This document shows, piece by piece, positions 27,725-36,848 of a DNA stretch of 42,239 nucleotides (its first letter is position 1; each line of letters starts with the position of its first letter). Made by a program: the position numbers and the translations under genes. The notes under the pieces are model-generated. The model was not told the DNA's origin. It was given only the letters and a program-made list of their open reading frames with translations, and did not search any database. The stretch comes from Candidatus Woesearchaeota archaeon (GTDB lineage: Archaea > Nanobdellota > Nanobdellia > Woesearchaeales > WAPY01), in the NCBI GenBank assembly GCA_049700835.1, contig JBNAUL010000003.1, positions 73,775 through 116,013 of the forward strand, written 5' to 3'.

Positions 27725-29212
27725 ATGATTCTAAAAACAAGGTGTCTAAACATAAGAACAGGAGGCGCTTTGGTTTGCATACTAAACGAGAAGGATGCAG
27801 AAGCAATGAACATTTACAATGGAGACAGAGTTATTCTGAAGCATAGAAACAGGGAGGTTGTTGCAATAGCGGATGTTAGTTCAGAGATAATAAAGAAGGG
27901 AATGGTTGGTTTGTTTTATGAAACATTCAAGGAATTAGGAGTAAAGAACAATCAGAATATCTTTCTTTTGATAGCGCAGAAACCAGAATCAATAAATTAC
28001 ATAAAGGAAAAGCTTGATGGCAAAAAATTGGATTTTGACAAGATAAAGAGCATCATCAAGGATATAACAGAAAAAAAGCTTTCTGATACAGAGATAACTT
28101 ATTTCATAAGCGCATGTTATCCGAACAGACTTTCCAAAAAGGAGATAGTTTATTTAGCTCAATCAATGGTTGAGACAGGTGAAAGAATAAGTTTTAATTC
28201 AAAGTATGTCATGGATGTCCATTGCATTGGAGGAGTTCCTGGGAACAGGACAACTATGCTGATTGTTCCAATAATCGCTGCTTACGGCCTCAAGATTCCA
28301 AAGACCAGTTCAAGAGCAATAACCAGTCCTGCAGGCACAGCAGATACTATGGAAGTTTTATCAGATGTTGCTTTTGGCATAGAAAGAATAAAGAGAATTG
28401 TAGAGGAGGTTAATGGTTGCATTATTTGGGGCGGATCTGTTGCGCTTGCTCCTGCTGACGATAAAATAATAAAGATTGAAAAACTGTTGTCCATAGATTC
28501 AGAAGGGCAGATGACTGCAAGCATACTTGCAAAGAAAAAATCTGTTTCAGCAAACAATGTTTTGTTGGATATTCCTGTTGGTCCTGGATCAAAAGCAACG
28601 AACCTTAAACAGGCATATGGGCTAAAGAAGAAATTTGAATTCACTGCAAGTAATTTGGGAATAAATCTTAAAGTTGTTTTCAGCAATGGCTCTCAACCTA
28701 TAGGAAACGGCATAGGCCCTGCATTGGAAGCAAGGGATGTTCTTTGGTGTTTGGAAAAGGATGAGAGAGCTCCTAAGGACTTGATTTTAAAGTCCCTAAA
28801 GATGAGCGCGCTTATGATTATGATGGTCAAAAGAATGAGTTTCAACTATGCTTTTAGCATAGCAAAAAAATTGCTTGATTCAGGAGTTGCTCACAAAAAG
28901 ATGTTGGAGATTATTGAAGCGCAGAAACCTAAGATAAAGGAAAGCTCTAAAATAAAACTCGGAAATTTCAGCAAGGATGTTGTTGCAGAAAAATCAGGCA
29001 GGGTTGTTGGCATTGATAACATTTTGATTTCAAGAGTTGCAAGAGCAGCAGGTTCTCCTTCTGATGCGCGGGCAGGAATTTATCTTTACAAACATTTGAA
29101 GGATTTTGTCAGGGAAAAAGAACCTTTGTACACAATTTATGCAGAGAACAAGGAAAAGCTTGAATTTGCATTTTCAATAGCAGAGCAGAACAAAGGGATT
29201 TTGATAAAATAA
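27725..29212 (+). CDS. deoA: AMP phosphorylase (thymidine phosphorylase family)
   Basis: N-terminal double-psi-barrel-like extension, HCIGGVPGNRTT, PKTSSRAITSPAGTADTMEVL, LAPADD, QPIGNGIGPALEARD. Confidence 0.93.
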   Translation: MILKTRCLNIRTGGALVCILNEKDAEAMNIYNGDRVILKHRNREVVAIADVSSEIIKKGMVGLFYETFKELGVKNNQNIFLLIAQKPESINYIKEKLDGKKLDFDKIKSIIKDITEKKLSDTEITYFISACYPNRLSKKEIVYLAQSMVETGERISFNSKYVMDVHCIGGVPGNRTTMLIVPIIAAYGLKIPKTSSRAITSPAGTADTMEVLSDVAFGIERIKRIVEEVNGCIIWGGSVALAPADDKIIKIEKLLSIDSEGQMTASILAKKKSVSANNVLLDIPVGPGSKATNLKQAYGLKKKFEFTASNLGINLKVVFSNGSQPIGNGIGPALEARDVLWCLEKDERAPKDLILKSLKMSALMIMMVKRMSFNYAFSIAKKLLDSGVAHKKMLEIIEAQKPKIKESSKIKLGNFSKDVVAEKSGRVVGIDNILISRVARAAGSPSDARAGIYLYKHLKDFVREKEPLYTIYAENKEKLEFAFSIAEQNKGILIK

Positions 29213-29498
29213 TTTAAAATAAAAGAAATCAGGGTTTTAATTTGTTTGCTGTTTATGATTTAAGATATAAAGTAAGAATGTTAAATTAAGAATGAGCAGA
29301 TTAGATGATTAGACTTAGATGATTAGACGTTACAATTAATGTAAAAAAAGATAAAAAACAAAAAATAAAATAAGATCATGCCTTTTCTATTTGATTTTTT
29401 ATTAATTTTTATATTTTTAAGAAAGATTTAAAAAGATTTGATTTCAGTTTTAATTTTAGGAGATAATAAACAGTTAATTTTAGTTTTTATTTTGTTTT

Positions 29499-29582
29499 GC
29501 CGGGGTCGCATAACCTGGTAGTGCGCCAGCCTTGAGAGCTGGTGCCCGCAAGGGCTTCAGGGTTCAAATCCCTGCCCCGGCG
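29499..29582 (+). tRNA. tRNA-Ser(TGA)
   Basis: GCCGGGG/CCCCGGC acceptor, CCAGC-CT-TGA-GA-GCTGG, GCCC-GCAA-GGGC variable arm. Confidence 0.97.
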
Positions 29583-29607
29583 TTTCTACGATGCTTTTAC
29601 TACGCTT

Positions 29608-30255
29608 CTACTTGCTTCTACTTACTTTTATATTAATAATCTTTATAGTTTTCAAGACATCCTTAACAATTTGATCTATGCTTAATCTTTCTTCTTCTCT
29701 CATTATAAAATTTAAATCTGATTTTGTAGCAGGATTTCTTGGCACAGCAGAACAACCGCTTGTTTTTATTGTTGAAATTTCATAAGTTTCTATTTCCTTA
29801 GCAATCCTTATCGTTTCTTCTTTGTCATAAGTCAACAAAGGCCTTAAAACAAATAAATTTACAGCAGAATCAATTACCTTGAGGTTTGATTTTGTTTGAG
29901 AAGCAACTTGAGACAGGTTTTCCCCGCTCAGCAAGAAATCAGCATTTTCCATCAACGCGATTTTTTCAGCAACTCTGAACATGGTTCTCTTGCAAATCAA
30001 ACAGTGATATTTTCTGATTTCTATGCCAATGGTTTTTTTGTGAAACAGTTCAAAATTGCATGCATAAAGCTTGAATTCTCTTTTAAATTTTTTTGAGAAT
30101 AAACTTATAACGCTCTTAACCTTTTTAATTTCTTTATTGTCATAAAATATTCCGTTGTTAAAATGCAGGAAAACAACATCAATTTTGTTTTTTAAGGCAA
30201 GATATGAAGCCACAGGGCTATCTATTCCTCCAGAAATCAATGAGAGCGCTTTCAT
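29608..30255 (-). CDS. thiI: ThiI-like tRNA 4-thiouridine synthase, stand-alone PP-loop catalytic domain (no THUMP)
   Basis: LISGGIDSPVA, CLICKR, GENLSQVASQT, RPL, DKEE, GTYE-like ETYEIS, GC..P..PAT. Confidence 0.85.
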   Translation of the reverse strand: MKALSLISGGIDSPVASYLALKNKIDVVFLHFNNGIFYDNKEIKKVKSVISLFSKKFKREFKLYACNFELFHKKTIGIEIRKYHCLICKRTMFRVAEKIALMENADFLLSGENLSQVASQTKSNLKVIDSAVNLFVLRPLLTYDKEETIRIAKEIETYEISTIKTSGCSAVPRNPATKSDLNFIMREEERLSIDQIVKDVLKTIKIINIKVSRSK

Positions 30256-30596
30256 GATTTTTATTTTAACCTTTAATTTTATTGAAATTTTATCCTAAAA
30301 TTTTAGAGTTTTATTTTGTTGTTTTTATTGTTTTGTGTTCTATTGTCTATTTGAATTCTGAATTGAATTTTGAATTTTTAAATATAGCTTTATCTTCTGC
30401 TTTATTTATTCTTTTATTTGCTATATTTAATTCTAAATTATATCTGTTATTATCTATCTTTCGCATTATTTTTTCTTCGCCATTAAGTGTTATTATCAAT
30501 ATCTTAATATTTTCATTATTCTTTCTTCTTGAATTTTTATTCTTGCTATTTTGCAATCTTTCTATTTTTTAAATCCTTATTATTTTCTTGTCTTAT

Positions 30597-31577
30597 TTAT
30601 TCGAGCATTCCCTTGACTATCAAGTTTATTGCCTCTTCTCTTGTTAGACACCTTGCCTGCAATGTTTGCAACTCTTTCTTGTCAACGCTGCCTATGGCTG
30701 CTTCATGAGTTACCCTTGCTTTCTTGTTAATGACTTTTAGTTTTGGAATTGTTTTAGCAAAGCCGTTATCCATTATTATTTCCTTGCAATCAACATGCCC
30801 TCTGCTCTCATCTCCGATTCCAACAATCTCTCCCTTAAAAACCGCTCTTGAGTTCTCAGAACTTATCAATCTTGATTTTATGACAGCAGAAGAATTTTGC
30901 CCTGAAAGCTTTGCATTCTCAACCACAATTATTTTATCATCTTTGCTGCCCTTTATCTTTGATAGAGCAGCGCACTTTGAGTTCTTTTCAAGATTTACAT
31001 CTACAAGGTATTTTATCTTTCCTATAACCCCATACAAAGAGGTTATTGATGTGTTAAAGCTTGAGTTTTCCTTGCAAGAGACAATTATCTCTGGAATTAC
31101 CAAGGCGCCATTCTTGCCGTGGTAGTGGAATTCATGATAATCGATCTTTGAGTTCTTTTTGAGCAAGTATTTTGCTTTCATTATGTGGCTTACATTTTCA
31201 GCATTTGGAAATGTGCAAAAGGCATAAATCTTTGCCTCAGAATTTTCTTCTGCTACAAGTTCAATATTTATTCTTTGGTCATATTTCTTTTCCAAGACCC
31301 CAAAACAAAGATAGATTGGAAGTTCAATTCTTTTCTTTACAACAATCCTTGCCCTTATTCCGTTCTTTGTTTCGCTGGCATCAACTATTAAGCCATTAAC
31401 AACTTTTTGTCTAACAATTCTGTTTTTGTGGAGCAAGAGTTTTGGAAATTTTTCATCGTGTATTGCAGATGTATCTATCTCTGAGAATTTTGCTGCCTTT
31501 TCAGCATTTGAGATTAACTGCCTGACAACATCTTCATTGTTCCTGTTTAACTTTGAGTTCTTATTGTTCATTTTCAA
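30597..31577 (-). CDS. sufB: SufB/SufD family Fe-S scaffold (minimal SmsB type)
   Basis: PIYLCFG, HCTFP-like FCTFPNA, RGHVDCKEI, THEAAIGSVD; adjacent to sufC. Confidence 0.9.
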   Translation of the reverse strand: MKMNNKNSKLNRNNEDVVRQLISNAEKAAKFSEIDTSAIHDEKFPKLLLHKNRIVRQKVVNGLIVDASETKNGIRARIVVKKRIELPIYLCFGVLEKKYDQRINIELVAEENSEAKIYAFCTFPNAENVSHIMKAKYLLKKNSKIDYHEFHYHGKNGALVIPEIIVSCKENSSFNTSITSLYGVIGKIKYLVDVNLEKNSKCAALSKIKGSKDDKIIVVENAKLSGQNSSAVIKSRLISSENSRAVFKGEIVGIGDESRGHVDCKEIIMDNGFAKTIPKLKVINKKARVTHEAAIGSVDKKELQTLQARCLTREEAINLIVKGMLE

Positions 31578-32265
31578 AACCCCTGTAAGCTTTTATAACT
31601 TCTCTTGTGCTTCCTGATTTTATTATCCTACCATTGAAAAGCAGAACAGCGTTCTCTGAAAGCATTGACAATTCTTCGCTGTGCGTTATGAGCACAACAG
31701 AACTCTCCCGGCTCATTTTTGATATGAATCTTTTTATTAGTTTAAAACTCAAGATGTCTATTCCAGAATCTGGTTCGTCCAGTAAAGCTATTTTTGGTTT
31801 CATCAGATAAACGCTCAAAAGCTCAACTCTCTTTCTCTCCCCTCCACTCAACTCTGAAATTTTTTTCTTCAAATAATCCCTTTTTAATCCTATCTCTTTT
31901 AGCAGATTATCTAATAGAGAATTCATATTTTCCTTGTCAAGATTTTGGCATTTGCAACTCGCTATCAAGTAATCCCTAACTTTTAAACCTTCAAATTCAG
32001 CAGGAATTTGCCATGCAAGGGTTATTCCAAGTTTTGCCCTTTCAGTTATTGATAGTTTTGTTATGTCTCTGTTGTTGAAGATTATCTTACCTTTTGTCTT
32101 GTATTCACTCAATCCCATTATTGTATATGCAAGAGATGTTTTTCCAGAGCCGTTAGGCCCAATAATTCCAAAAATTTTTCCATTTGTTTTGAAAGAGATG
32201 TTGTCAATAAGCAAAGCACTGTTCTTTTTTACGCTCAGGTTCTTTATGATTAATTGATTTTTCAT
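31561..32265 (-). CDS. sufC: Fe-S assembly ABC ATPase SufC (SmsC)
   Basis: GPNGSGKTSLAYTIMG, ERAKLGITLAWQ, LSGGERKRVE, LDEPDSGID, ITH. Confidence 0.92.
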   Translation of the reverse strand: MKNQLIIKNLSVKKNSALLIDNISFKTNGKIFGIIGPNGSGKTSLAYTIMGLSEYKTKGKIIFNNRDITKLSITERAKLGITLAWQIPAEFEGLKVRDYLIASCKCQNLDKENMNSLLDNLLKEIGLKRDYLKKKISELSGGERKRVELLSVYLMKPKIALLDEPDSGIDILSFKLIKRFISKMSRESSVVLITHSEELSMLSENAVLLFNGRIIKSGSTREVIKAYRGFENEQ

Positions 32266-32310
32266 CAGCATCAGCCCTTGCAATTGCATCGCAATTTCGC
32301 AATTTCTTTT

Positions 32311-32664
32311 TCACGAAATTCTCTTGCAAAAATTGCACACTTTTTTAATGTTTGAATCGTATTCTCTATGAAATCTGCAGAGCAGCCCTTTATTCCTTAC
32401 GAGCAAGCAAAGTCTTTGAATTTCCCTTGTTGCGCATTCGCCGTTTGCTATCCTTTGAGCGGATTTTTTTAGTTCAGTGTTAAGACCCTTAACCTTTATT
32501 GAATACCCTCTCTTTTCTCCTATATAATGCGAAACAGCGGCTTTTGTAATGTCAAGCTTTTTGGCAATTTCTGATTTCTTAACTCCTAATCTTAAGAGTT
32601 CTTTTGAAAGATTTCTTCTTATTGCAGGAAGAACATACCAAACCTCGATTTCCTGCGGTTGCAT
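32311..32664 (-). CDS. HTH transcriptional regulator with C-terminal Cys/His cluster (COG2522-like)
   Basis: PQEIEVWYVLPAIR, EIAKKLDITKAAVSHY...KRG HTH, C..LCRFH..CNFC; first gene of the suf operon. Confidence 0.85.
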   Translation of the reverse strand: MQPQEIEVWYVLPAIRRNLSKELLRLGVKKSEIAKKLDITKAAVSHYIGEKRGYSIKVKGLNTELKKSAQRIANGECATREIQRLCLLVRNKGLLCRFHREYDSNIKKVCNFCKRIS

Positions 32665-32687
32665 GAACTTCTAAGCATGTAAGTTAA

Positions 32688-32724
32688 GTATTTAAATCTT
32701 TTTAATTTGTTAACTATTGTTAAC
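32688..32724 (-). promoter_or_regulatory. TATA box of the suf operon with upstream GTTAAC-N4-GTTAAC site
   Basis: Minus-strand TTTAAATA about 25-32 nt before ATG 32664; GTTAACTATTGTTAAC at 32709-32724. Confidence 0.55.
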
Positions 32725-32877
32725 CAAAATAGAACATTTAAAAACAAAAAGTGAATCAAGCAAGCAAAAGTTTTAAATACTCTTCTTAAGTTCAAAGAAA
32801 AAATAACAGGCGTTTGTAAAAATTAGAAAGTTTTACAAATGAAAGCGTTGAAAACTAAAATTTAAAGGGGTGGTTTT

Positions 32878-34626
32878 ATGTCAAGGCATCCTAAACACAC
32901 GAAGCATGAAAACTTGAAAAGCGAGAAAGGCGAAAAGATTTCTGAAGAAAGTGAGAAGAAAGAAAAAGTTAATTTCAAACAGGCTAAGAACATTAAAAAT
33001 CACATTGGAAGGCATATTAAGCATATTAAAAAGAATTCAAAATATATACTGTATGCTTTGGGAATAATTGTTGCAGTTGCTCTTTTCTTATTTTTAAAAA
33101 ATTATTTTTCAGGAATGAAAACTGCTTACAAGTCAGAGGTTGACATCTATGTTATGAGCATGTGCCCATACGGGGCTCAGGCATTGAATGGCCTAATTCC
33201 CGCTGTGAAGGAACTCAACAGTAAAATAAGGGAAGTAAAATTGAATGTATATTTCATAGCGTCTGAACAAAATGGGGTTTTTTCAAGTTTGCATGGAGAA
33301 GAAGAAGTCAAAGAGGATTTAAGGCAGGTCTGCGTCATTAAATACTATCCTAAAAACTGGCAGGACTATGTTTACTGCATTGCCCAAAATTACTATGCTT
33401 CAAACAAAGCCCCTAAGGATGTTTGGCAGGAATGCGCTAAAAATAACAAGATTGATGTTAAGAAGATTGAAAAGTGTGCAAATTCAGAAGAGGGCAAAAA
33501 ACTTCTTTCTGAGAGCATTAAAAAATCAGAAGAAGCCCAAGCGCAAGGAAGCCCAACTATATACATCAATGGGAATTTATACTATGGAGGGAGAGATATA
33601 CTTTCCTTCAAGAGGGCTATATGCACCAATTCCAACAACTCGCTTTCAGAATGCGCAAATATTCCAAAGCCAAAAAGAACAAACATGATTGTGCTGAACG
33701 ATAATAGGTGCAAAGAGTGCGATGTCACGCAACTAGTTCAATCCCTGGAATCTCTCTTCTATAACCTCAATACAACATATTTGGATTACAGTTCTGAAGA
33801 AGGGAAAAAACTCTACAATGATTTGCAAGTGATTTATCTTCCTGCAATAATTTTTGACGATAGCGTGAAAGAAGGAGAAGGGTATTCAACAGTGCAAAGA
33901 TACTTGACAACATTGAATGACAACAAGCACTACCTTTTGAGGATAGGCGCAAGTTTTGACCCAACAAAGGAGATTTGTGACAACAAGATTGATGATGACA
34001 ACAACGGAATGATTGACTGCAAGGATCCTTACTGCAGCGAACAAATCATATGCAGGGAAGAGGTAAAGAACAAGATTGATTTGTTCGTCATGAGCATGTG
34101 CCCTTATGGCGTTACAGCAGAGAGGGCATTGAAGGATTTTCTGAATGTTGTTAAAGGAGTAAATGTAAGCATACATTTCATTGCTTCAGAAAATGCTGAC
34201 GGAACATTCTCAAGCTTGCACGGAGCAAAAGAGGTTGATGAGGACATAAGGCAGGTTTGCATAATGAAGTACTACCCTGCAAAATACTTTGACTACATGT
34301 GGTGCCAAGCAGACTATTATTTGTCTGGAAAGGACATATCAACAACATACCAAGATTGCCTACAGAGCAATTCGATGGACTTGCTTTTGATTAAAAAATG
34401 CGCAGAAGGAAAAGAAGGCAAGGAATTGTTAAGGGAAAACATGAAACTCACAGATGCGTTGGGAATAGGAGCATCTCCAACATGGCTTGTGAACAACAAG
34501 TATGAATTTTCAGGATTGGACGCTTCAACTATTCAGAAAAACTTTTGTGCTTACAACAATGTTTCAGGTTGCGAGAAACAGATAAATGGATCTGCAACGC
34601 AGACCACAACAGGCTCTTGTGGTTAA
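32878..34626 (+). CDS. Membrane-anchored exported protein with two GILT-like/thioredoxin-fold domains
   Basis: N-terminal TM; duplicated VMSMCPYG...FSSLHG..EV.ED.RQVC..KYYP...SPT..N; intervening EICDNKIDDDNNGMIDCKDPYC motif. Confidence 0.8.
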   Translation: MSRHPKHTKHENLKSEKGEKISEESEKKEKVNFKQAKNIKNHIGRHIKHIKKNSKYILYALGIIVAVALFLFLKNYFSGMKTAYKSEVDIYVMSMCPYGAQALNGLIPAVKELNSKIREVKLNVYFIASEQNGVFSSLHGEEEVKEDLRQVCVIKYYPKNWQDYVYCIAQNYYASNKAPKDVWQECAKNNKIDVKKIEKCANSEEGKKLLSESIKKSEEAQAQGSPTIYINGNLYYGGRDILSFKRAICTNSNNSLSECANIPKPKRTNMIVLNDNRCKECDVTQLVQSLESLFYNLNTTYLDYSSEEGKKLYNDLQVIYLPAIIFDDSVKEGEGYSTVQRYLTTLNDNKHYLLRIGASFDPTKEICDNKIDDDNNGMIDCKDPYCSEQIICREEVKNKIDLFVMSMCPYGVTAERALKDFLNVVKGVNVSIHFIASENADGTFSSLHGAKEVDEDIRQVCIMKYYPAKYFDYMWCQADYYLSGKDISTTYQDCLQSNSMDLLLIKKCAEGKEGKELLRENMKLTDALGIGASPTWLVNNKYEFSGLDASTIQKNFCAYNNVSGCEKQINGSATQTTTGSCG

Positions 34627-34737
34627 TCTTAAGATTAATCTTGCGTTAAACTAAAATCTTTTTTATTTTTTAATAATTTTTTTTGTTCTTTAATTATTTG
34701 TTTAATATCTGTTAAATCTATTCAATTAAATTTATTA

Positions 34738-35763
34738 ATGCAATCAATATTTCTTAATTCTATGTGTAACTCTATATGCAATTCCACATGTAATTCCATA
34801 ATAATCCGTTATGGAGAAATAGGAATTAAGGGAAAAAACAGAGGATTGTTTGAAAAACAGCTTTTAAGCAACATCAAAGAAATGCTTATTTATGATAAAA
34901 TAAGATTCAAAATGGTTTACAGAGCCCAAAATCGTGTTATCGTTGAGTTTGATGCAGAGAAAAAGAATGAGAAAGATAAAATAAATAATGAAATCTTAAA
35001 GTCATTGTGCTCTTTGAAGAAAATCTTTGGAATCATAAGTTTTAGCCCTGCTCTGAGAACATGTTTAGATTTGGATGAAATAAAAAGAAATGCACTCTTA
35101 TTTTACAATTTAAGGAATTGTGAGATAAACGAAGGGGAAAAAGATAAGAACAGAAAGAATGAGAGCACATTTAGGATTACAACCCAAAGGATAAACAAGA
35201 GTTTTCCGCTTAATTCCCAAAGAATAAATGAGGAAGTAGGGGCTTTTGTTGTTGAAAGAACTGGCGCGAAGGTTAATCTTAAAAAACCAGAAATAAACAT
35301 AGGAATAGAGATATTAGACAATGCCTATGTTTTTTTGGAAAGAATTAGAGGATTGGGAGGACTTCCTTTTTCCAAAAAAGATTTTTTTGCAATAGAACTG
35401 AAAAATAAAAATTCGTTAATAGCATCCCTTTGCATGATGAAAAGGGGATTAAAACCAATTTTTATCTTAAAAAATAAGAATTATGAGAAACGAAGAAATT
35501 TGCTTTTCCTCATCGCACCTTTTCTATCTGGAAAATTGAACATCGAAGCGATTGAAGGAGATTTTGATTATGAAAATAAAATCGTTGAGATTTTAAACTC
35601 AAAGAATGCTATTTTTGTTTCTGAAATTGCAGAAGTCAGCGAAAAAAATATTGAAGAACTGCAGAAATTAAAAAATTGTTATGGTAGTGTTTTAGCACCA
35701 TTGATTTTAATGGAAAAAGAGAAAAAGAACTACTATAAAAAACTCTTGATGAAAAAAAGGTAA
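34738..35763 (+). CDS. ThiI-like N-terminal ferredoxin-like + THUMP protein with degenerate PP-loop domain
   Basis: IIRYGEIGIKGKNRGLFE, FGIISFSP, TFRITTQRINKSFP, VNLKKPE, GLGGLP; the SGGxDS motif is replaced (IELKNKNS..MMKRG). Confidence 0.85.
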   Translation: MQSIFLNSMCNSICNSTCNSIIIRYGEIGIKGKNRGLFEKQLLSNIKEMLIYDKIRFKMVYRAQNRVIVEFDAEKKNEKDKINNEILKSLCSLKKIFGIISFSPALRTCLDLDEIKRNALLFYNLRNCEINEGEKDKNRKNESTFRITTQRINKSFPLNSQRINEEVGAFVVERTGAKVNLKKPEINIGIEILDNAYVFLERIRGLGGLPFSKKDFFAIELKNKNSLIASLCMMKRGLKPIFILKNKNYEKRRNLLFLIAPFLSGKLNIEAIEGDFDYENKIVEILNSKNAIFVSEIAEVSEKNIEELQKLKNCYGSVLAPLILMEKEKKNYYKKLLMKKR

Positions 35764-35781
35764 AAGAATTTTTAATTTAAA

Positions 35782-36687
35782 ATGAGTAGAAAGCAAAGAT
35801 TTGTTGAGGAAATAGAAAGGAAAGTTTTTAGAACAATCAAGGATTATAAACTCATTGACAAGAACGATCACGTTCTGATTGCTTTATCAGGAGGCAAAGA
35901 TTCAATGAGTTTGTTAGAAATCCTTAATGAAAAGTTCAATGTTGAAGCAATTTTCATTGATTTGGGAATTGAAGATTTTTCAAGCAATTCAAGAGAAAGA
36001 ATAATAAATTACTGCAAGGAAAAATCAGTGAAGCTAAAAATATTGAATTTAAAAGAAGAGATTGGATTTTCAATTCAAGAGATAGTCCCAACATTGAAGG
36101 AATTGGGTTTGAACGCATGCAATTCATGCGGAATAATAAAGAGGTATGTTTTGAACAGGAATGCAAAAGGTTATGAAAAATTGGTAACAGGGCACAACAT
36201 GGATGACGAGATAAGCTCAATATTTATGAATATTTTCAAAGCAAACATCAGGGCAAACGCCTCTTTGGGCCCAAAAACAGGAATATTTTCTAATGAAAAG
36301 TTTGTTCAGAGGATAAAGCCATTGTATTTCTGCACAAACGAAGAGATGAAAAAGTATGCGCTGCTGAAGGGAATTCTATTTTTTGAAGAAAAATGCCCTT
36401 TGAGAGAAGGCGCTTTTAGGGTTTTTGTTTCTGAAGAGCTGAAAAACCTTTTCAGGTCAAATGAAAAGTTTAGGAATGCAAAACAAAGAATTATAAAATC
36501 TTATTTGAATTATTTAAAGCCTTGGAGTTTGGAGATTTTCAAAAATAAAAAACTTGAAATGAATTATTGTTCAGAGTGCGGAGAACCGAGCTCTAAGCAA
36601 GTTTGCACTGTCTGCAAAACAATAAAAATGATAAAGGAAAATTATTCAAAAACATTAAGCGCCAATAAACAAGTAAAAAATAAATAA
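35782..36687 (+). CDS. tRNA 2-thiolation protein, TtuA/Ncs6 (TIGR00269-like)
   Basis: ALSGGKDS, ACNSCG..KR, TGHNMDD, RIKPL, CP, C-terminal CSEC..CTVC; N-terminal Zn finger absent. Confidence 0.88.
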   Translation: MSRKQRFVEEIERKVFRTIKDYKLIDKNDHVLIALSGGKDSMSLLEILNEKFNVEAIFIDLGIEDFSSNSRERIINYCKEKSVKLKILNLKEEIGFSIQEIVPTLKELGLNACNSCGIIKRYVLNRNAKGYEKLVTGHNMDDEISSIFMNIFKANIRANASLGPKTGIFSNEKFVQRIKPLYFCTNEEMKKYALLKGILFFEEKCPLREGAFRVFVSEELKNLFRSNEKFRNAKQRIIKSYLNYLKPWSLEIFKNKKLEMNYCSECGEPSSKQVCTVCKTIKMIKENYSKTLSANKQVKNK

Positions 36688-36848
36688 AAAAATAAAATTT
36701 TAAATAAATTAATATAACTAATAAGGAATATAACTAATAAGCACTGTGAGCTTATGAGAGCATGAATTGGCAGGCAAAATAAAGTTTTGCAGTTCAGCAA
36801 ACCTTGATTGAAATGGTTTAAGCAAAAAGTTTAGAATGCAGAGGCAAG

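Noticed and set aside
22634..29582. Integrated element at one of the five tRNAs
   Set aside because: No integrase, no duplicated tRNA 3' end seen, and flanking genes are housekeeping.
30282..30572. ORFs 30282..30572 (+) and 30347..30556 (-)
   Set aside because: Low-complexity A/T-skewed spacer, no SD, no recognisable motif.
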